64,000 nt of DNA from a virus (Duplodnaviria > Heunggongvirae > Uroviricota > Caudoviricetes), in the IMG/VR virus record IMGVR_UViG_3300044712_002337, positions 18,564 to 82,563 of that record; one strand, given 5' to 3'. A program made the translations under genes and the position numbers. Under the pieces are notes generated by a model. That model was not told where the DNA came from. It ran no database searches and saw only the letters and a list, made by a program, of their open reading frames with translations. Shown here piece by piece: positions 28,368 to 37,999 of this stretch (position 1 is its first letter; each line of letters begins with the position of its first letter).

Positions 28368-28623
28368 GTCCGTCCGCCGGCCCTCCGTCGTCCGCTCTCC
28401 CGTCCGGGAAGACGTCAGTCAACGTGAGGACAGGATGTCCGAGCGAAGGCCTCGCCGCCTGAGATTGTCCGGCGGACCGGATGTCCGCCCTCCCACCGTC
28501 CGGTCCTACCCCCGTCCGTCCTAGTGTCCGTGGAAGAACTCTGCGCCGAACGGGGTTCGGAGCGGAGGGCGAGGACTTCCGTCCGGGAAGCCCACCCCCC
28601 GGCGACCGTCTTCGTCCCGTCCG
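28368..28623 (+). repeat. Cluster of 12 co-oriented GTCCG pentamers in non-coding DNA
   Basis: GTCCG at 28368, 28372, 28390, 28402, 28437, 28467, 28483, 28498, 28514, 28526, 28581, 28619. Confidence 0.7.
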
Positions 28624-28785
28624 AAGGACTGGTGATTTTCCCCTTTTAACATGCCGGCCGGAGGCCGGCTGAGAACCAGTCGCATCGCGCGATTCCGGGG
28701 AATCGGCGGGACTGGCCTTGCATCGGGAATGTGACTACCTTACAAAATGCGGGGCTTACCCGGGTCCCGAGAGAGGAGCGGACGC

Positions 28786-29166
28786 GTGACCGAAGACCAA
28801 CGCCAGGAGTTTCTCGCGCTGGCGAGAAAAGGGTTCGAGACGGTGCCGCCCAAGCCGGGCCAGTGGGTGTCCCGGCGGCCGGGGCACAAGGACATCATCG
28901 GGTGCTGCGGGGTGGGCGCCGCCGCCGTCGCCAAGTTCGGCGGCGAGCCGGGCGACCCGGCGGTGGCGGTCAAGTCCCTCGGCCTGCCGGAGGACTACAC
29001 CTGGGGCGTGCAACTCGGGTTCGACATGCCGAACAACAAACCGCCCGACGACCTGAACTTCGACGAGGACGCGTACGCCCTGGCCCGGCTGGGGCACGCC
29101 GACGGGGTGATGCTCCGCCGGGAGGCGGAGGAGAAATGGAGTGGGAAGAAACCCCCGCAGTTTTAA
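28786..29166 (+). CDS. Hypothetical protein, paralogue of 24622
   Basis: GAGGAG SD then GTG. Confidence 0.7.
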   Translation: MTEDQRQEFLALARKGFETVPPKPGQWVSRRPGHKDIIGCCGVGAAAVAKFGGEPGDPAVAVKSLGLPEDYTWGVQLGFDMPNNKPPDDLNFDEDAYALARLGHADGVMLRREAEEKWSGKKPPQF

Positions 29167-29207
29167 CAGGTCGAAATCCATGCCACTCGTGCGAGGATAC
29201 CGAGCAC

Positions 29208-29606
29208 ATGCTGATTGCAGTACCCCTCAACCCGGTCACCGTGGCCAAACGCGCCTTCTGGCTGGCCTTCCAGGCGAGTCGGGCCCAGGGAATGGGCCAC
29301 CTCCACGCTGAGGCGGCCAAGGCGGCCACCGAAGACGACGTCTGGCGGGTCGTCATGACGGACGAGTGGACGGGGAAGAGCCGGGACTTCCCGTACGGGG
29401 ATTACGTGTTCGGCCGCATGATGAAGACCCGACTCCAGTGGACGAGCGACGAAATCCAGACGCCGGAGTCGGAGCCGCGGTTCGACTACCAGAGCTGGTG
29501 CGGACGGTACGGCGGGTACGGGGAGCTCGTCGACGCCGCCGTCTCCTCCCTGAAGGAAGAGCAGAACCGCTCCCCGAACCCCGAGAAGGAGGCGGCTCGT
29601 GCGTAG
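29208..29606 (+). CDS. Phage hypothetical protein (DYVFGRMMK motif)
   Basis: GAGGA SD then ATG at 29208. Confidence 0.7.
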   Translation: MLIAVPLNPVTVAKRAFWLAFQASRAQGMGHLHAEAAKAATEDDVWRVVMTDEWTGKSRDFPYGDYVFGRMMKTRLQWTSDEIQTPESEPRFDYQSWCGRYGGYGELVDAAVSSLKEEQNRSPNPEKEAARA

Positions 29607-29749
29607 CGTCCCCGTCGTCTGCACCGCCCTGGCCGGGGCCGCCCTCGGCTTCGGCTGGGTGCCCCTGGCCCTGCTGTTCGCCTGCCTGGTGCCGCCCACC
29701 GCGGCATTCGTCCGCTGGGGATCGGCTTCACCGACATAAGGAGTAAGGC

Positions 29750-30256
29750 GTGAAAAAGGTAGTCGCGTTAGTCTCGCTGCCGGGCGGGGGCAAGACGACG
29801 CTCGCCCGCAAGCTCGTCCGCGAAGCGATGCCCGAGGCGTCCGACGCCGCCGTCGACCTCGTCCTGAAGGGGTTCGAGCCTTGCGGGTCGCCGGTGGTGG
29901 TGTGCTCGGCCGACCACTACTTCATCGACGGCGAGGACGGGGACAAGTACAAGTTCCGGAGCGAAGACCTGCCGCTGGCCCACCACGAGTGCCAGCGACT
30001 CTGCCTGTTGGCCATGACGGACGAAGTCCCCCTGGTCATCGTCGACAACTGCAACCTGACCGAGCGGGACCGGGCGTTCTACGCGGCCGCCGCCCGCAAG
30101 CACGGTTATGAGCTGGAGTACCGCCTGCCCGGCACCCCGTGGCAGTTCGACCCCGAGGAGTGCGCCCGCCGCACCACCCACGGCGTCCCCCTCGAAATCA
30201 TTCGGCGGATGGCGGAACACGCCACCTACCCGCCGGTTAACAACTCTAAACCGTGA
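29750..30256 (+). CDS. Polynucleotide kinase-like P-loop protein (AAA_33 / N4BP2-like)
   Basis: LVSLPGGGKTTLA...CSADHYF...VIVDNCN...RTTHGVP. Confidence 0.85.
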   Translation: MKKVVALVSLPGGGKTTLARKLVREAMPEASDAAVDLVLKGFEPCGSPVVVCSADHYFIDGEDGDKYKFRSEDLPLAHHECQRLCLLAMTDEVPLVIVDNCNLTERDRAFYAAAARKHGYELEYRLPGTPWQFDPEECARRTTHGVPLEIIRRMAEHATYPPVNNSKP

Positions 30257-30267
30257 GCGGAGCGAAC

Positions 30268-30660
30268 ATGGGAAAAGTAGAGTGCGTGTTCGACGGCCCG
30301 CAGGCGTACTACGACGAGCTGGTGCGGGCCAGCCGGGCGGGCGAGTTCCCGGCCACCGACGGGTTCTCCTGCGCGTACCTGACCCCCGACGGCCGCCGGT
30401 GCGGCATCGGCAAGCTGTGGCCGCGTCGCACGTGCGAGACGGCCGAGGCGCAGGGGTGGGGGGCCGTGTCTTACTGGAAAGACGAGGCCGCGTCCGACCG
30501 GCTGCCCGCGTGGCTCCCGGTCGCGGACGCGGTCCGCATCCAGAACGCACACGACGACCAGTTCGACGGCGACCTCCCCACCTGGGACCACGAACAGTTC
30601 GTTCGGAGTTTGAACGACATCCCCGTGTTCGCGGGCTGCGCCCGCATGTTAAAAGGGTAA
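30268..30660 (+). CDS. Hypothetical protein, 130 aa
   Basis: CAYLTPDGRRCGIG...IQNAHD; preceded by GAGCGGAGCGAAC. Confidence 0.7.
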   Translation: MGKVECVFDGPQAYYDELVRASRAGEFPATDGFSCAYLTPDGRRCGIGKLWPRRTCETAEAQGWGAVSYWKDEAASDRLPAWLPVADAVRIQNAHDDQFDGDLPTWDHEQFVRSLNDIPVFAGCARMLKG

Positions 30661-30664
30661 AACC

Positions 30665-31078
30665 ATGTCCGCGACGAAGACCCAGGCGGACCGGTTCGCC
30701 CGCAAGGCCCGCGCCGTCGCCACCCTGGCCGACGTGGTGGCCGGGGACTACTTCCCGGCCCAGAAGAATGAGTGGCTCGCCGCCGGCCGGTCCTTCCTGG
30801 CCGACGTCCGCGCCCGCCTCGGGGGCGACGGCGAGGTGCGGGTGTGCCGGGGCGGCCCGGCCGTGCCCGGGGAGATTGTCTTACACACGGACAAGTTATA
30901 CATCATACTCTGCGCCGGCCCGCTCGGCCCGGCGTCCGGGCTGATGTACCGGACCTGTCAGGGGCGGAAAGACTATACGGGCGGCCCCAACCGGTATTAC
31001 TCGTACCGCGCCCTGGCCGACGACCCGGACGGGTTCGTGGGGGTGCTGCGGGCTCTGCAAGAAAAGGGGGCGATGTGA
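30665..31078 (+). CDS. Hypothetical protein (GEIVLHTD...YRTCQGRKDYTGGPN)
   Basis: Repeat-element SD; 137 aa. Confidence 0.75.
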   Translation: MSATKTQADRFARKARAVATLADVVAGDYFPAQKNEWLAAGRSFLADVRARLGGDGEVRVCRGGPAVPGEIVLHTDKLYIILCAGPLGPASGLMYRTCQGRKDYTGGPNRYYSYRALADDPDGFVGVLRALQEKGAM

Positions 31079-31293
31079 ACAGCTCGGTCGACAGAAAAAT
31101 CCACAAACTCCTGATGAACGAACGGGATGGTCCGCACGGGGAGAGCGAGCGGAGGTACGCCGCCGAGTGGGCTCTGGATCACCTGGACAACACGGAATGT
31201 GAAGACGACCCGATGCCGGTCGAGGACGCCCTGGACTACCTGGCGGAAGCGGTGACGGACTTGGCGGGGCGTATCCGAGCCCTTCGCGACTGA
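31075..31293 (+). CDS. Hypothetical protein, 72 aa
   Basis: GTGA overlap. Confidence 0.6.
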   Translation: MNSSVDRKIHKLLMNERDGPHGESERRYAAEWALDHLDNTECEDDPMPVEDALDYLAEAVTDLAGRIRALRD

Positions 31294-31347
31294 TGATTTC
31301 ACCCTTTTAAAATCACGGGCATAGCCCGTGGACCCCGGAGGTGGGAC

Positions 31348-31734
31348 ATGCGGGCTGACCTGACCGTGGGGCACTACGCGTTCCGTGTGGCTGATGAAGA
31401 TTTTGTGAATCCGGAGGAGTTCGCGAGCTACGCCTACGACCGCAAGAAGCCCTCCGTCTTCCTCTTCCACGACCACGGCGCCGTCCTGGCCGTGGTCGTG
31501 GCGGACGACCTCCAGGACGCCCTCGACATCGCGGCGGACGAGGACAAGCTGGACCGGTTTCAGGTCCAGGGGGAGGAGTTAAAAGATTACGAGGACGAAG
31601 AGGGCCTGTCCTTCCTGGGCAACGCCGGGGAGCCGTTCGACATCGAGTCTTTAGGGGTGGAACAACTCCCCTTCCCTCCCTTCTCCCCCGTCGCCCTGTA
31701 CGTGGCGGCCGGCAAAGCCGCCCTGAAAGCCTGA
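31348..31734 (+). CDS. Acidic hypothetical protein, 128 aa
   Basis: GGAGGT SD. Confidence 0.7.
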   Translation: MRADLTVGHYAFRVADEDFVNPEEFASYAYDRKKPSVFLFHDHGAVLAVVVADDLQDALDIAADEDKLDRFQVQGEELKDYEDEEGLSFLGNAGEPFDIESLGVEQLPFPPFSPVALYVAAGKAALKA

Positions 31735-31742
31735 GCCGAAGC

Positions 31743-32036
31743 ATGCGAACGATTGAGGTGACCGTCGGCCTCGTCGTGGCCGTGCCCGACGACGCCATCC
31801 TGCCCCTGGTGGACGTCGAGCTGCCGCTCGACCTGCTCCACGTCGATGTCCCCTGTCTGGGTGGGCGCCACCGCGGCGTCCCGCTCTCTTACTACGCGGT
31901 CGACACCGTCGACCTGGACGAGGAGGCAAGATATGTTGACCGCAGTACCCCCGAAACCCCGGACGAAGAAGGCGAAATCGTCCTCGACTCCGCCGAAGGC
32001 CCCGGAGCCGGTGGCCTGGGCGGAGATTGCGACTGA
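31743..32036 (+). CDS. Hypothetical protein, 97 aa
   Basis: ORF track; 3' part overlaps the next gene. Confidence 0.5.
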   Translation: MRTIEVTVGLVVAVPDDAILPLVDVELPLDLLHVDVPCLGGRHRGVPLSYYAVDTVDLDEEARYVDRSTPETPDEEGEIVLDSAEGPGAGGLGGDCD

Positions 32037-32292
32037 CGGCTACACCCGCGGCCTCACCCTCCGCGAGGGCGTAGCCCTCCAGTTCCTGGTCAACCCCCAC
32101 GCCGAGCAAATTCACGACCCGGACGCGAGCAACGCTCTGTTCGAGTGCCTGTTCCCCGACCGGGAGCCGGCCGAGGACTTCGCGGCGACGTTATGGATAC
32201 ACGGACAGAAATATTCTCTCCTGTTTTTGATGAACGAGGACGGGAGTAACACCGCCGTCACCCGCCGGGCCGGCCTCCAATCCCGACTGTAA
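31933..32292 (+). CDS. Hypothetical protein, 119 aa
   Basis: AGGAGG SD then ATG at 31933. Confidence 0.65.
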   Translation: MLTAVPPKPRTKKAKSSSTPPKAPEPVAWAEIATDGYTRGLTLREGVALQFLVNPHAEQIHDPDASNALFECLFPDREPAEDFAATLWIHGQKYSLLFLMNEDGSNTAVTRRAGLQSRL

Positions 32293-32303
32293 GCAAGGCG
32301 AAC

Positions 32304-32762
32304 GTGAGTGACACGACCCACTACCTGGCCACCCTGCCCGACGGCCGCGAGTTCGCCTACGAGTTCGCCGGCGACCGCTGGAAGACCGGGGGCGAGAAGG
32401 CGGCCGCGCGGGCCGTCCGGGACGCCGGCCTCACCTGCCGGCGGGGGGACGACGTCCGGACGGTGGCCGTCACCGTCCGGCCCGTCACCCTCAAGCTGGG
32501 CAAGGCGGTGCACGGGCACCCGACCAAGTACCGCGTCGACCTGCCCCTCGCCCCGATGACGGAGGAGGAGTTCGAGGCCGACCTGGCCGAGGCGCTGGCG
32601 GCCCTGCCCGAGGAGTTCCGCGGGGCCGTGTCGGCCGAGGCCTGGGACCGGGGGCACTGGGCCGGGTACGAGGAGGTCCTTCTTCACGCCCGCGGCATCA
32701 CCGACTGGCTCAGCCCGGCCGTCGCCAAGTACACCGACGCGGTACTCAGGGACCACTCTTAG
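32304..32762 (+). CDS. Hypothetical protein, 152 aa
   Basis: C-terminal half is similar to 32797. Confidence 0.7.
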   Translation: MSDTTHYLATLPDGREFAYEFAGDRWKTGGEKAAARAVRDAGLTCRRGDDVRTVAVTVRPVTLKLGKAVHGHPTKYRVDLPLAPMTEEEFEADLAEALAALPEEFRGAVSAEAWDRGHWAGYEEVLLHARGITDWLSPAVAKYTDAVLRDHS

Positions 32763-32796
32763 GGCTTCGCCGCCCGTTTCAAAAGGGGACAGCGCC

Positions 32797-33015
32797 GTGA
32801 CTCTTTCCCGCGACGAGTTCGAACGGGCCCGGGTGGACGCCCTGGCCGCCCTGCCCAGTCAGTTCCGGCAGTTCGTGGCCAACCTGGGCACCGAGCCGTG
32901 GGACCACGACGCCGGCGTCAGTTACGAGGCGGTTTTAGCCAGGACCGAGACCATCGCCACCGACCTGCTCATCGCCCTCCGGGCGTACAACCTGTGGCGC
33001 CTGCGGCCGGAATAA
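32797..33015 (+). CDS. Hypothetical protein, 72 aa
   Basis: EFE..R..ALAALP..FR shared with 32304. Confidence 0.65.
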   Translation: MTLSRDEFERARVDALAALPSQFRQFVANLGTEPWDHDAGVSYEAVLARTETIATDLLIALRAYNLWRLRPE

Positions 33016-33057
33016 GGGCGAGCCGAAGGCCCGCATTTTAAAAGGAGAAAGTCATCT

Positions 33058-33333
33058 ATGGACGACGTGAGCGTGACGGAGTGCGAGGCGGCCGTCGAGG
33101 GCCCGGGCAAGTTCGAGGGGGAGCGGCCCTGGGTGTATTACTACTGGGCGCTCGCGATGGAGGGCGGGGCGGACGAGGAGTACGAGGACCGGCTGATTTT
33201 CGACGTGAAGCCGGAAGACGTGGCCCTGTTCGAGGAGCTGTCCGTGTACTCCCGGGTGGTCATCCGGGAGACGGGCGACGGGTTCGTGCGGGGGTACGGG
33301 TGGATTCCGGCCGAGCGGATAACGGAGGAGTGA
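33058..33333 (+). CDS. Acidic hypothetical protein (GPGKFEGE), 91 aa
   Basis: Repeat-element SD. Confidence 0.7.
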   Translation: MDDVSVTECEAAVEGPGKFEGERPWVYYYWALAMEGGADEEYEDRLIFDVKPEDVALFEELSVYSRVVIRETGDGFVRGYGWIPAERITEE

Positions 33334-33408
33334 GCCGCGCAAAAGGTGTCGCCCCTTCTCACCGCGGCGAAGCCGCCCCACAAACTCTTTTGCGAGCAGA
33401 GCGAGCGA

Positions 33409-34236
33409 ATGGGATATACACACTACCTCCGCCGCCGCCGGGCGCTGCCCGAGCGGGCGTTCGCCGCGGCCGCGGCCGACTGCAAGCGGGTCTGTGAGGC
33501 GAGCGGCGTGCCGCTCCAGTTCGAGGCCGACGACCCGATACCGGCCGTGTTCACCTCCGAACTCATCCGCTTCAACGGGGTGGGCGAGGACGGGCACGAG
33601 ACGTTCTACGTCGGGCGGGATTTCGACCCGGAGCCTCACCAAACCGCGGAGCGAGGGAAATATTTTGATTTCTGTAAGACTGCCCGCAAGCCCTACGACC
33701 TGGCCGTCTGTTCTTCGCTGATTGTTCTCTCTCACCATCTCAAGAAAAATGTGGCCATCAGCTCGGACGGGGACGACGAGGAAGAGAACTGGCCGAAGGC
33801 TAAGCTCCTCTGTCAGGAGGTGCTCGGGTACGGAGCCGACTTCACCCTGTTCCGACCCGACCCGATGACGATGGACGGGCTGCGGGTTGGGAGCCGCTGG
33901 TGGAACGGCCCCCGCTGCGAGCACATCCTGGCCGACGGCTGGGCCCTCCACACCCGCGAGCGGCGGCGGTTAGTCGCCGTGACGAAGTACCACGAGTTCC
34001 AGGGTGAGTACCGGAGCAAGAAGGAGGCCTTGTGGGCGGCCACGGTCGGGTGGTGGCGGGACCGACTCGAACCGTACCCGACCGAGGACCGGGAGGCTTT
34101 TCTGAAAAACATGTCGCAGGCCCGCGAGTGGCTGCCCCTGCTGGTGCTACTGGACCAGGTGGAGGAGAAGTACGGCTGTCAAGTCCGCCTCCGCGGACAT
34201 TTACCAAAGAAAGTAATCCAAGGGGTGAGTACGTGA
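33409..34236 (+). CDS. Phage protein of the MGYTHY...FCKTARKPYD type
   Basis: MGYTHY start, IRFNG...HETF, FCKTARKPYDLAV...SSDG. Confidence 0.8.
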   Translation: MGYTHYLRRRRALPERAFAAAAADCKRVCEASGVPLQFEADDPIPAVFTSELIRFNGVGEDGHETFYVGRDFDPEPHQTAERGKYFDFCKTARKPYDLAVCSSLIVLSHHLKKNVAISSDGDDEEENWPKAKLLCQEVLGYGADFTLFRPDPMTMDGLRVGSRWWNGPRCEHILADGWALHTRERRRLVAVTKYHEFQGEYRSKKEALWAATVGWWRDRLEPYPTEDREAFLKNMSQAREWLPLLVLLDQVEEKYGCQVRLRGHLPKKVIQGVST

Positions 34237-34625
34237 GCGCAGCGAACAAGAAGTCTTACACCGAGGAACGCGTGAGCGAGGTCGTCGCCGAGCTGGAGCG
34301 GATGCACCGGGTGATGGAGGACTGGACGTGCCTGGCCCGGGAGACGGGACCCGTCACCAACGACCTGGCCCTGGCCGTCATGAGCGGGCGGGCCGAGCTC
34401 GTCCTGATTCCCGAGAAGGAAGTGACCCTGCAGCAAACGCAGTCGGCCTACCGCCTGGTGAAGGCACTGCTGGAGACGAATGCTGCGCTCCAGCGGCACG
34501 CCGCCCTGCTGGCCCAGCTCGCCGAGCAGCAGAAAGACGCCCTGTGGGCCGCCTTCCGCAAGAGCGCCGACGTGGAGGCCCTGGCCAACTTCCGGTCGCC
34601 CGAGGGCGACGAGGGGGATAACTAA
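34233..34625 (+). CDS. Coiled-coil hypothetical protein, 130 aa
   Basis: GTGA overlap. Confidence 0.65.
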   Translation: MSAANKKSYTEERVSEVVAELERMHRVMEDWTCLARETGPVTNDLALAVMSGRAELVLIPEKEVTLQQTQSAYRLVKALLETNAALQRHAALLAQLAEQQKDALWAAFRKSADVEALANFRSPEGDEGDN

Positions 34626-34885
34626 TGGTCTCGAACGTCTACGTCGCGTACCGCTACGCCGACGCCGAGGGGCGGCGGGTGGACGACGTCGCCGCGTTCC
34701 TCTGCCGGGAGGACGCCGAGAAGGCGGCCGCCCTGGTGAACGACGGGCACGGGAACCCGCCGTCGGTCGGCGTGCTGGCCTGCTACCACACGTTCGCCGC
34801 GTTCGAGCGGGCGTACCGGGACGAACTGAGGCAGAAGGCCCTGGGCAAGCTGACCCCGGCCGAACGGAAGGCGCTAGGTCTGTGA
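34625..34885 (+). CDS. Hypothetical protein, 86 aa
   Basis: TAATG coupling; ends ...LGKLTPAERKALGL. Confidence 0.7.
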   Translation: MVSNVYVAYRYADAEGRRVDDVAAFLCREDAEKAAALVNDGHGNPPSVGVLACYHTFAAFERAYRDELRQKALGKLTPAERKALGL

Positions 34886-35241
34886 CCAAATCTTGCCCCG
34901 CCCACCACGCCCCGCTGGTCACGACCGCTACCCGCTTCGGGGCGAGGCTGGCCTGTCCGGTCGTCGGCTGCACGGTCGCCTGCTGGGACGGCCCGACCAG
35001 TTCGCCGGCGGACGCCGAGACGCGGGCGCTGCGGTCGGCCTGTCACGCCGCCTTCGACCCGCTCTGGCAGACGGGCGTGTTCCCCTCCCGGAACGCCGCC
35101 TACGACTGGCTGGCCCGGGTGATGTTCTTGGACCGTGACGAGACCCACGTCGGCCTGTTCGACGCCGACCAGTGCCGGGAGATGTTGGAGCAGGTGGCCG
35201 CGTACGCCGCCCTGAAAAACGTGAGCGACCGGAGGGAGTGA
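34882..35241 (+). CDS. DUF3268-like zinc-finger protein
   Basis: CP.H...ACP..GC...PAD...RALR..CHAAFDPLW...AY.WLA......THVGLFD..QC. Confidence 0.75.
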   Translation: MTKSCPAHHAPLVTTATRFGARLACPVVGCTVACWDGPTSSPADAETRALRSACHAAFDPLWQTGVFPSRNAAYDWLARVMFLDRDETHVGLFDADQCREMLEQVAAYAALKNVSDRRE

Positions 35242-35245
35242 ACAC

Positions 35246-35767
35246 ATGAGCGAAAACACCGTCTCGCCGCTCGGGGTGAGACTGGCCGAACTCGGCCTGG
35301 GCGTCACGTCCGAGTTCGTCCCCACCACCGCGGAGCGGACGAAGGACCTGAAGGTGCGGTGGCGGGTGACGCTGACGCGGAACGGTAAAGATGTGTATAG
35401 CACAGAGTACACCCAAGGAATCGGCCACCTGGAGGGGGCCAACAAATCCCTCACATCCTTGTCCCGCCTGAGTATGGACGGGGAGCAGTTACTCCGCCTG
35501 GCCTGCCGGGAGGAGAAACACCCCTTCCGCCACCAGCTCCGGGCCGTCCCGCCGAAGGCCTCGGACGTCTGGGCGTGTATCCTCTCGGACGCGGACGCCC
35601 TCGACCACCCGTCGTTCGAGTCCTGGGCGAGCGACTACGGGTTCGACGAGGACAGCCGGAAGGCGGAGCGGATTTACCAGACCTGTCTGGCGGCCGGGCT
35701 GGCCTTGAGGTCCGCCCTGGGCGAGCCCCTGTTCTCCGAACTGAAGGAGCTGGCCCGCCGGGAATAG
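35246..35767 (+). CDS. Phage hypothetical protein (ILSDA...FESWASDYGFDEDSRKAERIY)
   Basis: 173 aa, GC3-rich frame. Confidence 0.75.
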   Translation: MSENTVSPLGVRLAELGLGVTSEFVPTTAERTKDLKVRWRVTLTRNGKDVYSTEYTQGIGHLEGANKSLTSLSRLSMDGEQLLRLACREEKHPFRHQLRAVPPKASDVWACILSDADALDHPSFESWASDYGFDEDSRKAERIYQTCLAAGLALRSALGEPLFSELKELARRE

Positions 35768-35893
35768 CACGCCCGCCCTTGGCGCCGCCTGCTAATTGAC
35801 TATCTTATAGATTATCGGCGGGGGCCGTGGGGGCACCACCCCCACATGTCCAAAGGGCGAAACCACACACACTCCTTGCGAGCGGAGCGAGCG

Positions 35894-36130
35894 ATGCGGT
35901 ACCTGACCATCTGGGCCGACGCCAAGGGCGGGGCGGCCGTGCCGGCGTGCGAGGCCGACCTGGACCGGCTGATGCGGCGGTTCGCCGGGGACGAGTCGCC
36001 CGACGGGCGGCTGTTCTGGGGCCGCGGGGCGACCAAGTTGAACCCGGCGGCCACGTCGTCGCTGGACAAGTACCTGCTGTTCCTGCGGGCGGAGCCCGCC
36101 ACCCCCGAGGGCGAGCGATGTCACGCGTAA
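35894..36130 (+). CDS. Hypothetical protein, 78 aa
   Basis: ATG after the GAGCGGAGCGAGC motif. Confidence 0.6.
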   Translation: MRYLTIWADAKGGAAVPACEADLDRLMRRFAGDESPDGRLFWGRGATKLNPAATSSLDKYLLFLRAEPATPEGERCHA

Positions 36131-36459
36131 AAACCGTGGTCGTCCCCACCGGCGACCGCCACGGGAACGCCGTCCTGCTCCGCTGGACGGGGTCGGTCGG
36201 CCTGTCGAAAATCCGCGACGTGCTGAAGGACGCCGTGGCGGCCTGGGCGCTGTACCCGGACGCGCGGGAGTCCTTGTCGGGCTACGACCACCCCGTCACC
36301 CTGGAGCAGGTGCTCGCCCACCGGGACGACCACCTGGACGCCATCCTGCGGAGTAAGGGCGTGTACGACTTCGCCGACGAGAACGTGGCGTTGGCGGGGG
36401 AAGACCTGGGGTACCACGAGGTCCTCTGGCGGTCCGGCGACCGCGTCACGAAAGGATGA
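36118..36459 (+). CDS. Hypothetical protein, 113 aa
   Basis: ATG at 36118; GC3-rich frame. Confidence 0.65.
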   Translation: MSRVKTVVVPTGDRHGNAVLLRWTGSVGLSKIRDVLKDAVAAWALYPDARESLSGYDHPVTLEQVLAHRDDHLDAILRSKGVYDFADENVALAGEDLGYHEVLWRSGDRVTKG

Positions 36460-36866
36460 ACATGTCCGACGAAACCAAGACGGTTTACGCCTGCACGTGG
36501 GTGGAGAAGCTGGCCGAAGAGGACGACTTCGTGCACGGGGTGAGCGGCCGGCCCACCCTCATCCTGTCCGAGCGGTGCGACCTGGCGGCCCCGACCTTCG
36601 GGACCCTGTTGGAGAAAATCAAAACGCGGTTCTTCCTCGAAGAGGTGTCCGACCTCTTCCTCCCCGGGGACGACGACGGGGTCTCCCACATCGGGGTGAG
36701 CCAACTAGAGACGGCCGACGGCAACCTGCCGTCGGACCGGGAGCGGGACCTGTGGCGGGAGGGGAAGTTCAAGCTCTTCCTGTGCGACTACACGTTCGGC
36801 GTCGAGTCGCGGCAGGTGCGGCCGCTCACCCCGGACGAGGTGGCCGCCGTCGCCGCGACCCACTAG
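36456..36866 (+). CDS. Acidic hypothetical protein, 136 aa
   Basis: ATGA overlap. Confidence 0.7.
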   Translation: MNMSDETKTVYACTWVEKLAEEDDFVHGVSGRPTLILSERCDLAAPTFGTLLEKIKTRFFLEEVSDLFLPGDDDGVSHIGVSQLETADGNLPSDRERDLWREGKFKLFLCDYTFGVESRQVRPLTPDEVAAVAATH

Positions 36867-36943
36867 TGGGGCTCCGCCCCGCAGTGAGCAGGCTACGCCC
36901 GCATGTTAAAAGAATGAAATCCACCCCCTTGCGAGGAACGACC

Positions 36944-37102
36944 ATGCCCCTGTGGTGCGCCCTGTCCGACGCCGAGCTGTTCGCCGAGTACGAGTTCTGG
37001 CTGGCCAGCGACAACCCCCACGCCGGCCGCGTCCTGGCCAACCTGGACCTGGAGCGGCAGCGGCGGGTGGACGAGTGGTTCGGCTCCGCCCCCCACGAGT
37101 AA
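36944..37102 (+). CDS. Small protein, 52 aa
   Basis: GAGGA SD then ATG. Confidence 0.55.
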   Translation: MPLWCALSDAELFAEYEFWLASDNPHAGRVLANLDLERQRRVDEWFGSAPHE

Positions 37103-37107
37103 CCAGG

Positions 37108-37653
37108 ATGGACGTCCGGGAAGCCGAGGGCGCGGACCTGGAGGCGGCCCACGCCCTGGTCGCCTCCGCCTACTCGGCGGCCGGGCTGGGCGAGCCCTCC
37201 CCCGTCCCGGGGGCCGTCACCTTCGTGTTACTCGACGGCGGAGCGGTCGCCGCCACCCTCAGTCTGGTCCGGGATTCGGAGGACGGACTACCCTGTCAGA
37301 CTTTGTTTTCGGAAGAGATAGACGACCTCCGAAACCGGACCAGACGCCTCGCCGAGTTCACCCGGTTTGCCTCGGTACAACCCCTTTCCCGCTCGGCCTT
37401 TATGTCCTTGTCCGGGGCCGCCTTCCGCCACCACTTCCAGGCCGGCGGGGACGCCCTGGTGGCCTGCGTCCACCCGGACCACGCGCGGGTGTATCGCGCG
37501 GTGTTCGGGTTCGAGCGGCTGGGGGAGACGAAGGCCCACGCCGGCATGGGCGGGGCGCCGGCCTCGCTCAACGCGGTGACCGCCGACGCCCTGTGGGAGG
37601 GGCGGCGGGCGGTGTGGTGGCGGCTGTTTCCCCCTTTCAACATGCGGGCGTAG
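37108..37653 (+). CDS. GNAT acyltransferase, FeeM / N-acyl amino acid synthase-like
   Basis: AHALVASAY...ATLSLVRDSEDGLP...EIDDLR...LAEFTRFA...ACVHPDHARVYRAVFGF. Confidence 0.75.
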   Translation: MDVREAEGADLEAAHALVASAYSAAGLGEPSPVPGAVTFVLLDGGAVAATLSLVRDSEDGLPCQTLFSEEIDDLRNRTRRLAEFTRFASVQPLSRSAFMSLSGAAFRHHFQAGGDALVACVHPDHARVYRAVFGFERLGETKAHAGMGGAPASLNAVTADALWEGRRAVWWRLFPPFNMRA

Positions 37654-37668
37654 CCCGCCAGGTGACCC

Positions 37669-37986
37669 GTGCTCAAAGTGGTGGCCAGTCGGGCCGACGG
37701 GGTTTCCGTCGGCGAACTGTTCGGCCAGGGGGCCGGCGACCGCGGCCTCGTCGTCCGCGTGAGCCAGGGCAAGGTGTGGTTCCTCACCCTGACGGACCCG
37801 GCCGGGAAGTGGATATTCAGCGGCCTGGACTCGTGGACCGCCATGCACTCCCTCTCCCTCGACGAGATGGAGGGCCGCGTCCGCGCCAAGCTCCAGGCCG
37901 GGGACGAGTTCTTCGCCTTCAAGAGCCTGGAGGAGTTCTGCCAGACCGCCATCGAGCGGAAGTGGAAGGCTTGTTTCCAAGGTTAA
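37669..37986 (+). CDS. Hypothetical protein, paralogue of 24287
   Basis: See 24287. Confidence 0.7.
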   Translation: MLKVVASRADGVSVGELFGQGAGDRGLVVRVSQGKVWFLTLTDPAGKWIFSGLDSWTAMHSLSLDEMEGRVRAKLQAGDEFFAFKSLEEFCQTAIERKWKACFQG

Positions 37987-37999
37987 CCCCGGAGATGAC

